Assembly: GCA_964361825.1 (NCBI GenBank)
Contig: CAYICB010000001.1
Span: 30,644-94,643 of the forward strand
Direction of reading: 5' to 3'
DNA length: 64,000 nt
DNA from: an uncultured Candidatus Saccharibacteria bacterium
GTDB taxonomy: Bacteria > Patescibacteriota > Minisyncoccia > Phycocordibacterales > JACOZG01
Shown: piece by piece, positions 16,694 to 25,412 of the stretch
Layout: each line of letters opens with the position of its first letter
Position numbering within the stretch: position 1 is the first letter of the stretch
Notes under the pieces: generated by a model
What the model was told of the DNA's origin: nothing
Seen by the model: the letters and a program-made list of their open reading frames with translations, nothing else
The model's database searches: none
Made by a program: the position numbers and the translations under genes

Positions 16694-16855
16694 AGGTGCT
16701 TCCGGAATCTGCCGGATCAGTTAGCAAGGAAATCTCGCTAAATCTGGCCCAAGGTTAGCATATGCCCTGACAAAAGTCAAGCAAAAGTGGGAAATATGGC
16801 TTAAAATAAGGTTATTTTAACCGTAACTTACCTTCTGGTTTCTTGAGGAAATTTC

Positions 16856-16886
16856 AGTTATCGACAAACTGTCGATAACTTGTCGA
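16856..16886. promoter_or_regulatory. palindromic operator-like site GTTATCGACA-AAC-TGTCGATAAC plus an extra TTGTCGAT half-site
   Basis: Perfect 10-bp inverted repeat, about 165 bp upstream of the DGR target start and about 45 bp upstream of a small + ORF (16924-17133). Confidence 0.4.
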
Positions 16887-17212
16887 TGGTTCAAATCACA
16901 ACTCCACTTCTTGCACAAATTTTATGAAATGGCATAATCGTTCTATGTCTAATTCAATAGAAAAGCCAGTCATCTTGGCTCGAAAGGAAATTGAGTCTGT
17001 TCTTCGGCGTTACCAACTCAATTGGGAGGAAGTCCTGCCCGATCAAGATAATTCGATTTGGAAAAAATTCAAACCGGAAGCTAAAAAAGTCCGTCAAGAA
17101 CTGCTCCGCAAATTTTATCCGTCGCTTCAATAAATGCCGCGGTGCTACCGGTAAAAATCGTAACGCCACAAAATTTTTTTCAACAATATTGGATTTGATA
17201 CTGGGTTTTACT

Positions 17213-17653
17213 TTATCTCACTTTTTCTTCCAAAAACCAGAGCGCAATAAAAACAAACAGGGAAAGCAAAGAAGTAATGAGGGCGAGAATATAGAGCTTG
17301 AAGCCACAAGCGAGGCCAATGCCAGCCGCCACCCAGAGTCCAGCCGCGGTGGTGAGACCGCTGATTTTTTTATCTTTAAAAACAATTAAACCGGCGCCGA
17401 GGAAGCCAATCCCCACCACCACTTGGCTAGCCACCCGTAGCGGGTCAAACTGGAAACCCGATAAACCAACCGACATATTAGAAACCAAGTCACTCACGGT
17501 CACAAAGAGCGCCGCCCCCAAACTTACCAAAGCATAAGTGCGGATGCCGGCTGTTTTGCCTGCCACACTTCGCTCCAAACCAAGTAAACCGCCAAAAAAA
17601 ATCGCGGCCACCAATCTAAGTACTAAGTCACTATAAAAGGCGAGCACTTCCAT
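17213..17653 (-). CDS. MgtC/SapB family membrane protein
   Basis: The N-terminal region LRLVAAIFFGGLLGLERSVAGKTAGIRTYALVSLGAALF is characteristic of MgtC. Confidence 0.75.
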   Translation of the reverse strand: MEVLAFYSDLVLRLVAAIFFGGLLGLERSVAGKTAGIRTYALVSLGAALFVTVSDLVSNMSVGLSGFQFDPLRVASQVVVGIGFLGAGLIVFKDKKISGLTTAAGLWVAAGIGLACGFKLYILALITSLLSLFVFIALWFLEEKVR

Positions 17654-17680
17654 CCACTTTATTATATCAAAAGAGAAAAA

Positions 17681-18142
17681 TTAAAACTCAATTTCTCCAC
17701 AAGCCACCAGATTTGCTTCCGACTCATCTCCTGTTTCTAAGGCAATCGCCATGGGCCCTTCTTCAGCTAAGGCAGTTAAACTAATTGGTAAAGTGGTAAC
17801 CGCTTGATTATTTTTCACCTCACTTAAAACATAAGCCACCTTACCAAAGAAGGCGCAAGAACCACGATAAATCGTGGCGCGGTAAACAACCATAATTGGC
17901 GTACTAGAAGCGGCGGTTAAAGTGCTTAAACTCATGGTGGCCAAAGTTTCTTCGCCTTCTGTGGCCAATAATAAGGTTCCGGTAATCCCTGAACGGCGCT
18001 CACTGTGGAGACTCACGCTCACCGCTTGAGGCGTTTCGCTCAAAACCAAGTTGGGCACCCCCGCACTACTGGGCTGGAACCACCGGAAAAGACCAAAGCC
18101 GATAATTAATAAAGAAATGATAACGATAATTGCCCCCTTCAT
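17681..18142 (-). CDS. hypothetical membrane-anchored/secreted protein
   Basis: N-terminal TM/signal segment (IIVIISLLIIGFGLF). 4-bp gap to the downstream gene. Confidence 0.4.
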   Translation of the reverse strand: MKGAIIVIISLLIIGFGLFRWFQPSSAGVPNLVLSETPQAVSVSLHSERRSGITGTLLLATEGEETLATMSLSTLTAASSTPIMVVYRATIYRGSCAFFGKVAYVLSEVKNNQAVTTLPISLTALAEEGPMAIALETGDESEANLVACGEIEF

Positions 18143-18148
18143 AAACTT

Positions 18149-18925
18149 TTAAAACAAACTTGATTGCGCCGGCATTTTAACTTCAGCCAGCACGGCCTCA
18201 CGATAAGTACAATAATCGCAATCCCCGCTCGCCTTCGGGCAATTGTCGTCCACTAAACATTTTTTAATTTCTGTGAGCTTGGGCTCGATCCATTTATCGT
18301 CACCAGTGTAGGGAATGAGCTTCACCTCAAACTCGAGCCGAGCATCGAAGGCCTTGGCGTCGCGCTTGCCGTTGACATACACAAAGTAGCCGGTGGAAGA
18401 AACTTTGAAACCATTTTGCCGCAAAAGCCATTGGTAAATCTCCATCTGATTCTTATAGCCCTGTTGCCACTCGGCATCTAAGTTTACCTCGCTGTCTTTG
18501 CTCGTTGCCTTATAATCCACCACATGGAGCTCACCGGCTTTATTGACCCACACATCGTCCACCGCGCCGGTGATAATAAAATTGGTTGGCGCGTGCAAAT
18601 ATTGCACACCCACAAAGTTCTCGCGCCACTTATCGAGATCGCGATGCTCATAAGGAATTGCGTCGAGGCCATAAGCTTTCATGAGAGGGTGCGGTTCTTG
18701 CTTGGCCCGATGAGTATCAAATTCTTTTTTCAACAATAAGTCCACCGCGGCGTTGAGGCTAAAAGGGAAACCGGGCGGCCGCCCAACGCCGAGCCGCCGA
18801 TCGAGATAAAAACATAGCGGGCACTCGAGAAAGAGCTCAATCTTCGACCGACTCAACTTAAACGGCTCCACACTCGCCGGATCAAAAATCCCCCTTGTCC
18901 GCTTGCCCTTATAATATTCCGACAT
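18149..18925 (-). CDS. PD-(D/E)XK nuclease family protein, Cas4-like with 4-Cys cluster
   Basis: One N-terminal Cys (CPLCFYLD), D...DYK in the middle, and a C-terminal CPKASGDCDYCTYREA. This is the RecB/Cas4 Fe-S nuclease arrangement. Confidence 0.55.
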   Translation of the reverse strand: MSEYYKGKRTRGIFDPASVEPFKLSRSKIELFLECPLCFYLDRRLGVGRPPGFPFSLNAAVDLLLKKEFDTHRAKQEPHPLMKAYGLDAIPYEHRDLDKWRENFVGVQYLHAPTNFIITGAVDDVWVNKAGELHVVDYKATSKDSEVNLDAEWQQGYKNQMEIYQWLLRQNGFKVSSTGYFVYVNGKRDAKAFDARLEFEVKLIPYTGDDKWIEPKLTEIKKCLVDDNCPKASGDCDYCTYREAVLAEVKMPAQSSLF

Positions 18926-18986
18926 TAATCGGATTGTAGCATACCTCGATTGTGGTAAAATAAAACCAAGTTAATTTATAAAAATT

Positions 18987-19391
18987 ATGAATAAAAAAAA
19001 TGTTTTAATTGCTCTCGCTTTTTTTATCGCCGGTAGCCTTATTACGGCCGCTTGGTATAAGCAAAACCCAACAGACTACCCCAAAACCACGGCCACCCCA
19101 ACCTATTTAATTAAAAATTTAGAGTTTACCGCGGCTCCTGCCAATTCCCAAAGCGCCATGGCCCTCTCTCCCGGCTTACCAGACTTCTTGGGTAAACTTA
19201 AAGGGATCGTGGATGAGGCAGAAAAACGCGAGGGTCAAGCCAGAATTGATTTTTGTTGCGAAGCGTTTGGGGGGAAAGTGTTTACTCGTGACGGTGGCAG
19301 TGGATGCTCTTTTGACCCGGGACTTGGTGGCGGTGGTATGGATCTCTTAGATATTTGTATCAATGAAGTCCCACCAGAAGCCACGGTTTAA
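18987..19391 (+). CDS. hypothetical secreted protein
   Basis: N-terminal TM/signal segment (VLIALAFFIAGSLITAAW) and a Gly-rich C-terminus. Confidence 0.35.
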   Translation: MNKKNVLIALAFFIAGSLITAAWYKQNPTDYPKTTATPTYLIKNLEFTAAPANSQSAMALSPGLPDFLGKLKGIVDEAEKREGQARIDFCCEAFGGKVFTRDGGSGCSFDPGLGGGGMDLLDICINEVPPEATV

Positions 19392-19480
19392 AACTCACTG
19401 GCAAAGTCGAATTCCATACCCGCATTCTAGTGTTTTTAGAGACAAAATCCAGCCGAAAAATCCCCCATGTTCTTTTCCCC

Positions 19481-20500
19481 TTATAATATTCCGACATGAG
19501 CCTGTACGTTCTCAAAATAATCTCGAAGGAACTTATGGAATCTTTCTGCTGACTCTTTCTTGGTCGGATCAGTCTTTTGAAGCATATAAAGATAAGACAC
19601 CATGATCGCTGAAACATAAATCACAAAAGGAATGTCTAATTTCCTGTCAACCTTCAGACCTGCTTCAGATTCATAACCTTCCACGAATGATTTAAACAAA
19701 CTCTTGTCTCCGGTTAAAACCCAGACATCTACTCCAATTCGATAAAGAGGTAAAAATTGGTGGCCCACACCCCACTCTTCTTTAGGTACGAAAGTGTCCA
19801 TAAGATAAAGAGTGTTACCAAAGAAACTAGCATTGTGACTATGAAAATCACCGTCCACAACAATACCCTGAGTGAGTTCTCCCAAAAACCATTCTCGATT
19901 TTTATTTCTATAATCTTCCAAAAAATCACAATACTTTCCTGATTCTTCTTCACTAATATAATCTGCAGCGGATTTGATCCAAGCACGAAGATCTCTGATT
20001 CTCGAACCAAACACTTCGTAGAAATTGAATTTCTCAGAAAGAGATTTTTGAACCTTCTTCAAGCTAGTAGCTAGTTGTTTACCAATAGTAAAACTTTCCG
20101 ACTTCTCAATTTCTCCCCGTACAATTTTCTCAAAAAGAACGTCATTTGCTTCAACCCGATTCATTACCATTACCAATTCCTCTGCTTGATCTTCCTCCAC
20201 AAAAGAGATCTCTCCTTCTTCTGTCACCTCCACGCCTCGAAGCTCTAGATAAATCGAAGGACTAAGGGTCTGGTTCCAAGTGAAATCCCGCCGGGTAAAG
20301 TCAAATCGTGCTGATGTGGTAGAAATATCACGAAAACCTTGGTTGAAAAAATCATTGTCGTTTTTATAAACTTTATAGACCAAATTTTCGAAAACAAAAA
20401 CATTGGAGATAACAGTTTCAATGTGCTTTGGTATCGTAGTCTCACCAGGAGTTTTGCCAGCCTTCACTAACTCAATCAGTGGCTTTTGGGAGTAAGTCAT
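19481..20500 (-). CDS. phosphotransferase (APH/choline-kinase-like kinase fold) family protein
   Basis: The catalytic-loop-like VDGDFHSHNASF resembles the APH family HGDxHxxN. Start moved to the internal Met (MTYSQKPLIEL) because the longer ORF runs through the IMPase terminator hairpin. Confidence 0.4.
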   Translation of the reverse strand: MTYSQKPLIELVKAGKTPGETTIPKHIETVISNVFVFENLVYKVYKNDNDFFNQGFRDISTTSARFDFTRRDFTWNQTLSPSIYLELRGVEVTEEGEISFVEEDQAEELVMVMNRVEANDVLFEKIVRGEIEKSESFTIGKQLATSLKKVQKSLSEKFNFYEVFGSRIRDLRAWIKSAADYISEEESGKYCDFLEDYRNKNREWFLGELTQGIVVDGDFHSHNASFFGNTLYLMDTFVPKEEWGVGHQFLPLYRIGVDVWVLTGDKSLFKSFVEGYESEAGLKVDRKLDIPFVIYVSAIMVSYLYMLQKTDPTKKESAERFHKFLRDYFENVQAHVGIL

Positions 20501-20510
20501 AAGGAAACAA

Positions 20511-20549
20511 TATAATAAAAGGGGCCTGGTAGCAATTGCCACCAGGCCC
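20511..20549 (-). terminator. rho-independent terminator after the IMPase gene
   Basis: GGGCCTGGT-AGCAATTGCC-ACCAGGCCC stem followed by a T-rich run on the - strand. Confidence 0.6.
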
Positions 20550-20574
20550 ACAGTAGTTCCTTTTACACAACCCG

Positions 20575-21423
20575 TCACCCAGGCAACAAAGTGCCGCGAA
20601 TGATTTCAGTGACTTGTTCCCACCCCTTCATCTCGGCGGCGCGAGTCGTCATCTCGACCAGTTGATCGTGGATCAAACCATTTGAGATAATGTGACCCTT
20701 GATCTCGCCATTTGGGCCGTACTGTAATGGTTTGCCGTAGATGTCAGTGGCTTTGCCACCAGCCTCCGTAGCCAATAACTGCATCGCGGCTGTCTCCCAA
20801 CCTTTACGGCCGGGGAAAATGATCGCATCTTGCTCACCAGAAGCAAGTAAACCACCATAGTAAGCGACAGTCAGAGGATTACCCCATGTGACACCCGCCT
20901 CCATTAACATATGGCAAACGGCATAGAGGTTAAACTCCGAACCGTGCCAAAAGAGCAAACAGGCATTGGTGCCTTTGAGTTCCGCATGAGTTGAAACCCG
21001 CACTGGCTTTCCGTTGAGGAAAGTTCCCTGACCCCGCGTCGCTGACCACATCCGACTCATAAACGGATCGTAAATGACAGCGACAAGTGGCCAATTTTCC
21101 TTGATCACAGAGATAACAAAGGTTGCGATTGGGATACCACGGCAAAACGGAATAGTTCCATCAACCGGATCGCAGAGTACCGTGTATTCCGCGTCCGCCA
21201 CATCGTAGTTACCTTCCTCACCGATCACACGGACATGCGGAAAATCACGACGAATTGAGTCAATGACAAGCTGATTGATCCTTGTGTCGCTCGCGGTTAC
21301 CGGAGTATTATCATCTTTAGATGTTCGCTCCATCCCAAGACAAAAGTTTTTCCGCATGATTTCTCCGGCCTGCGCCGCAAGAACAGCAAAATAAGTTTCA
21401 TTGGGACAATGTTCACTTTTCAA
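20575..21423 (-). CDS. inositol monophosphatase family protein
   Basis: Motifs VIGEEGNY, DPVDGT and WGNPLT...GG match IMPase/SuhB. Confidence 0.8.
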   Translation of the reverse strand: MKSEHCPNETYFAVLAAQAGEIMRKNFCLGMERTSKDDNTPVTASDTRINQLVIDSIRRDFPHVRVIGEEGNYDVADAEYTVLCDPVDGTIPFCRGIPIATFVISVIKENWPLVAVIYDPFMSRMWSATRGQGTFLNGKPVRVSTHAELKGTNACLLFWHGSEFNLYAVCHMLMEAGVTWGNPLTVAYYGGLLASGEQDAIIFPGRKGWETAAMQLLATEAGGKATDIYGKPLQYGPNGEIKGHIISNGLIHDQLVEMTTRAAEMKGWEQVTEIIRGTLLPG

Positions 21424-21544
21424 AGTTCACCGTTCCTTTCGTTAAGGTCGATTTTTGGTCAATCTAAAATTGCAACATTTCTGCCACTAGCATATCATTT
21501 CTGTGGCTATTTTGTCAATAGCTGATGGATGGCTCTGTTGAGGT

Positions 21545-23884
21545 TTATTTCACCTCCCCTAAGTTTTGACCTGTAGAAAGATTGGTCACCAAAGGCACGC
21601 CGATGTCGGCGGCCGTCTCCATGGTTTGCTTCACAATTTGGCCGGTTTCGGGAACTTTGGCGAGTTCCACTTCGTAAACAAGTTCATCGTGGACTTGGAG
21701 GAGGAAGTGAGCGTGGTTCTGAAGATCCGCGGCGCGGAGTTTGGTCTCAATTTTAATCATCGCGAGCTTCACGAGATCAGCCGCCGTACCTTGGAGCGGC
21801 GCATTCATGGCGGCGCGCTCGGCCCCGGCTTTAATCAGCGGCACGGGCGAATTGATGCCAGGGAAGTAACGCCGACGACCAAAAAAGGTTTCGGTGTATC
21901 CCCGCTCGCGCGCTTCGCGCTTCACTTTCTCAAAATATTCGCGGATGGAGCCAAAGGTGGTGAAATAATTTTCATAAAAAGCCGCGGCTTCAGCGCGCGT
22001 CACGCCGAGCGTCGCCTGCAAGCGCGTCACGCCCATACCGTAAATAATGCCGAAGTTAATCACCTTGGCCCGCCGCCGCATCTCTTTAGTTACCTCGCTC
22101 CCCGGCACCCCAAACACGAGTGAGGCCACGCCGGTGTGCACATCTTCACCTTTCTTAAAAATTTCTAAGAGCGCTGGGTCGCCCGAGAGCGCCGCGAGAA
22201 CCCGCATTTCAATTTGTGAATAATCGGCAGAGAGGAAGGTGTGCCCGGGCCGCGCAATAAAGCCCCGGCGCACGGCGAGCCCCAGCTCACCGGAGGCCGG
22301 AATATTTTGCATATTCGGATTCTCGGATGACATCCGGCCGGTCGCCGCGCCCGTTTGGCGCAAGTGGCTATGGAGCACATGGTTTTCGTCAGCCAATTTT
22401 GGAATGGCATCAATATAGGTGGAAAGTAATTTTTGTAATTCGCGTTGCTGGAGAATCTCGGCGATGATTGGGTGAGCCTCTTTGAGCTTCTCGAGTTCGC
22501 TCTCCCTAGTAGAACGAGCGCCGCCGGCGGTTTTTTTCAAACCCTTGGCCGAGAGTGCAAGCTTGTCGAAAATAATTTCACCGAGTTGCTTCGGTGAATT
22601 GATATTAAATTCTTGACCCGCTAATTTATAAATTTCTTTCTCAATTTGCGCGAGCTTCTGGTGATAATCTTTGGATAGACTTTTGAAATAATTAAGATCG
22701 GCCACAATCCCCCGCCCGCGCGCCGCTTCAATAATTGGAATCAGGGGCAATTCAATTTCGCGATACACTTTTTCTAAACCGCGCTTTGCCAGCTCGGTAA
22801 ATAAAAACTTTTTTGCTTCTTCCAAATTTTCTGTGCCAGCCAAACGCGTTAAATCTTCAAAGTTAGGGTCGCTATTTTCTGAATCTAAGAGCCACGCGGC
22901 GATCTTGGTTTCTTGATCGAGCGCTATTTCTGATTTTTTTTCTTGTTCCGAGCTTGTCGAAGAATCTTCAGCAAAAACTTGATCCGCTCGCGCGAGCAAA
23001 CTCTTAAAGCCGAGCTCGCTGAAAAATTCTTTCACTGCGGGTAAAGTTGAACCGTCGCGAAATCGGCAATCGTCTAAAACAAAGTCCACCGGCGCATCGC
23101 GGCGAATTGTGGCCAAGGTTTTCGAAAACTCGGCTTCTTCTTCGCCTTCTTTAAGTAGGCCAATAATGCGCGGCGATATTTTTAACTTTTTAAATTCTCC
23201 CTCATCTTTTTTCAAAGCGCGATACATCTTCTCGAGTGTACCGAAGTGACCGATCAAAGTTCCGGCCGTTTTCTCGCCAATCCCTTTGATGCCAATAATA
23301 TTATCGCTCGGATCACCACGCAAACCTTTGTAATCCGGCAAACTCTCGGGAGAGAAACTAAATCTATTTTTTACCGCAGCCTCGTCGTACAAAATAGTAT
23401 CGTTAATACCCTTTTTTAAAGTGTAAACCTTCACCCGTTTGCCAGCCACCAGTTGCAAAGTATCCATATCGCCGGAGGCAATTACCACTTCCAAACTTTT
23501 TTCTCCCTTCGTTTTCTCCACAATAGTGCCGAGCAAATCATCCGCTTCGAAGCCCGGCGCTTCGAAAATGGGGATATTGAAGGCGGTAAATAAATCGCGC
23601 GACCGAATAATTTGCTTCACCAAAGACTCATCAGTTTTTGGCCTTCCGGCTTTATAATCATCATAAATCGCTTTACGGAAAGTGGGCTCGGGCAAATCGT
23701 AACAAGCGGCAATAAAATCTGGCTTAAGTTCCTTAATAATCCGCATCAGCATTGTCGCCAGACCATAAATCCCGCCGGTTGGTTCACCAGCTTTCGAGGT
23801 AAAATCCGGCATCGCGTGATAAGCGCGATGCAAGATCGCGTGGACATCAAGTAAAATTAATTTCTCGGTGGTCGCCTTCGCCAT
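21545..23884 (-). CDS. polA: DNA polymerase I (5'-3' exonuclease + polymerase domains)
   Basis: N-terminal 5'-nuclease domain, polymerase motif A region, motif B RRRAKVINFGIIYGMG and motif C LLQVHDELVYEV. 779 aa, so probably lacking an active 3'-5' exonuclease domain. Confidence 0.9.
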   Translation of the reverse strand: MAKATTEKLILLDVHAILHRAYHAMPDFTSKAGEPTGGIYGLATMLMRIIKELKPDFIAACYDLPEPTFRKAIYDDYKAGRPKTDESLVKQIIRSRDLFTAFNIPIFEAPGFEADDLLGTIVEKTKGEKSLEVVIASGDMDTLQLVAGKRVKVYTLKKGINDTILYDEAAVKNRFSFSPESLPDYKGLRGDPSDNIIGIKGIGEKTAGTLIGHFGTLEKMYRALKKDEGEFKKLKISPRIIGLLKEGEEEAEFSKTLATIRRDAPVDFVLDDCRFRDGSTLPAVKEFFSELGFKSLLARADQVFAEDSSTSSEQEKKSEIALDQETKIAAWLLDSENSDPNFEDLTRLAGTENLEEAKKFLFTELAKRGLEKVYREIELPLIPIIEAARGRGIVADLNYFKSLSKDYHQKLAQIEKEIYKLAGQEFNINSPKQLGEIIFDKLALSAKGLKKTAGGARSTRESELEKLKEAHPIIAEILQQRELQKLLSTYIDAIPKLADENHVLHSHLRQTGAATGRMSSENPNMQNIPASGELGLAVRRGFIARPGHTFLSADYSQIEMRVLAALSGDPALLEIFKKGEDVHTGVASLVFGVPGSEVTKEMRRRAKVINFGIIYGMGVTRLQATLGVTRAEAAAFYENYFTTFGSIREYFEKVKREARERGYTETFFGRRRYFPGINSPVPLIKAGAERAAMNAPLQGTAADLVKLAMIKIETKLRAADLQNHAHFLLQVHDELVYEVELAKVPETGQIVKQTMETAADIGVPLVTNLSTGQNLGEVK

Positions 23885-24284
23885 GATTAAAATAAATTTT
23901 TTCTGCGTGAGTAAATAATTCCGGAAACTTATCCGCCCATTCGACCAAAATCAGATTTTCCGGTTCGCTACTGATCTCTTGCCAGCCCAAATGTAATAAT
24001 TCTTCTGGTTTATCTAAGCGATAGCAATCGATGTGAATGAGATTCTGCCACTTCTGTCCCTTCAACTTATAAATTTTCTCCAGCACAAAAGTTGGGCTGG
24101 TAATATTTTCCTTCACCCCAAGCGCTTCCGCCACCGCCTGCGTAAAGGTCGTCTTCCCCGCACCTAAATTGCCAATTAAGGCCACCACCGTCGCCTTGCC
24201 CGATCCGCTTCCGGCGAATTTAGGGTTAAGCCATGCCTTGGCTGCCTCTTTCGTCTCCTTTGCACTCTTCGTTACCACTTTCAC
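23847..24284 (-). CDS. tsaE: tRNA threonylcarbamoyladenosine biosynthesis ATPase TsaE
   Basis: P-loop LIGNLGAGKTTFTQ. Start set at GTG 24284 because the longer ORF overlaps the upstream gene. Confidence 0.7.
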   Translation of the reverse strand: MKVVTKSAKETKEAAKAWLNPKFAGSGSGKATVVALIGNLGAGKTTFTQAVAEALGVKENITSPTFVLEKIYKLKGQKWQNLIHIDCYRLDKPEELLHLGWQEISSEPENLILVEWADKFPELFTHAEKIYFNHGEGDHREINFT

Positions 24285-24337
24285 CCTTACAAAGTAACAA
24301 AAACAGGGCTCGCCGTATAGACAGCGAGCCCTAAACA

Positions 24338-24994
24338 CTACCGTTCTCCGTAAAGCGCCTTCAAACAACTCCACGACCGCTTCACTGTCGCAGGAATTTC
24401 CACCGGAGCAATATCTCCTTTTAAGGCGTAAGTCCCCAACCGAGTGACCTCTCCAACCAAACGCCCAATCCAACGGGCCGGCTCGTTCACAAAAAGCGAA
24501 AGATCGAGTGGCTCCCAAGTGCTTCCTACCACTTCAATTTCCGGAAACTGTTGCCGAAATGTGGCGCAAACACGCCTGAGGTGCGGTGGGAACGAAACCA
24601 AAATCAAACTCTCTGGATTAATTCCTGCCTCACGTAACACTCGCACCCCAAGTTGCACATTCTCTTTGGTGTTTGACGATTGCTTTTCATGAAACAAGAC
24701 CTCACTTGGCACCCCCTCGCGACGCGCGAGATCAAAACAAAACTCTGCTTCAGTATCGAAATCAGGTTGCTCGCTCCCCAATTTCCACGGACCACCGGTG
24801 AAAATAATCCCCGGCGCTTTCTGCTCTCGCCATAATTGCGCGGCGAACCGGGCCCGGAGATCAGCATTACTACTGCTTCCAAAAACAAAAATTGCGTCGG
24901 CTGATCCGATTTCTGAAATTGGGGTCGCTTCAGTGAGAAAATTGATCAGGGTTTTGACATGCCGATCAATGATCGGAGAAATAACTTCTGCCAT
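24338..24994 (-). CDS. YdcF/DUF218 (ElyC/SanA-like) family protein
   Basis: DAIFVFGS...GIIFTGG and the DUF218 pattern. Confidence 0.6.
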   Translation of the reverse strand: MAEVISPIIDRHVKTLINFLTEATPISEIGSADAIFVFGSSSNADLRARFAAQLWREQKAPGIIFTGGPWKLGSEQPDFDTEAEFCFDLARREGVPSEVLFHEKQSSNTKENVQLGVRVLREAGINPESLILVSFPPHLRRVCATFRQQFPEIEVVGSTWEPLDLSLFVNEPARWIGRLVGEVTRLGTYALKGDIAPVEIPATVKRSWSCLKALYGER

Positions 24995-25036
24995 TGTGTT
25001 ACCTCCTCTCTGACAAATAACAATCCCACTTCCACC

Positions 25037-25067
25037 CTACCACTTTCCCACAGGTGGCGCTAGCTAC
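25037..25067. repeat. 31-bp direct repeat, copy 1 (CCACTTTCCCACAGGTGGCGCTAGCTACTTC)
   Basis: Copy 2 lies at 25346-25376 and matches 28 of 31 positions. Confidence 0.8.
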
Positions 25068-25099
25068 TTCTCAAAATCTTTTTCTTCGACGAATAACGC

Positions 25100-25342
25100 T
25101 TAGGCATACACCGGAGCCAGTGTCACCACTTCAGCGCGATTCACTTCCATAATCTCTGGCGATTTTTCATCTTCAAAATAAAGCGTTATCGCCTCGTTTA
25201 AGTTAGCTAGGGCTTCTTTTTTAGACACACCAAAACTCGAAACCTCAACATTAAGACATTGAGCCACATAATGCTTACCTTCGCGCCAAACCACACTTTT
25301 TAAATTAAGCTTTTTCACCCAACGACTATAACAAAAAAACAT
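25100..25342 (-). CDS. HicB/UPF0150-family antitoxin-like small protein (paralog of 13867-14106)
   Basis: KHYVAQCLNVEVSSFGVSKKEALANLNEAITLYFE matches the same pattern as the other HicB-like ORF. Start placed at the internal Met, 4 bp after repeat copy 2. Confidence 0.5.
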   Translation of the reverse strand: MFFCYSRWVKKLNLKSVVWREGKHYVAQCLNVEVSSFGVSKKEALANLNEAITLYFEDEKSPEIMEVNRAEVVTLAPVYA

Positions 25343-25345
25343 CAC

Positions 25346-25376
25346 GACGGCCACTTTCCCACAGGTGACGCTAGCT
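25346..25376. repeat. 31-bp direct repeat, copy 2 (CCACTTTCCCACAGGTGACGCTAGCTATTTG)
   Basis: See copy 1. Confidence 0.8.
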
Positions 25377-25412
25377 ATTTGAAAGAGTTGTGCTAGAACT
25401 AACCATAAGATC

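Noticed and set aside
25037-25376. Possible CRISPR array (repeats about 31 bp)
   Set aside because: There are only two copies, they are imperfect, and they are spaced 278 bp apart around a coding gene. No cas genes are adjacent, and the Cas4-like nuclease is 6 kb away and stand-alone.
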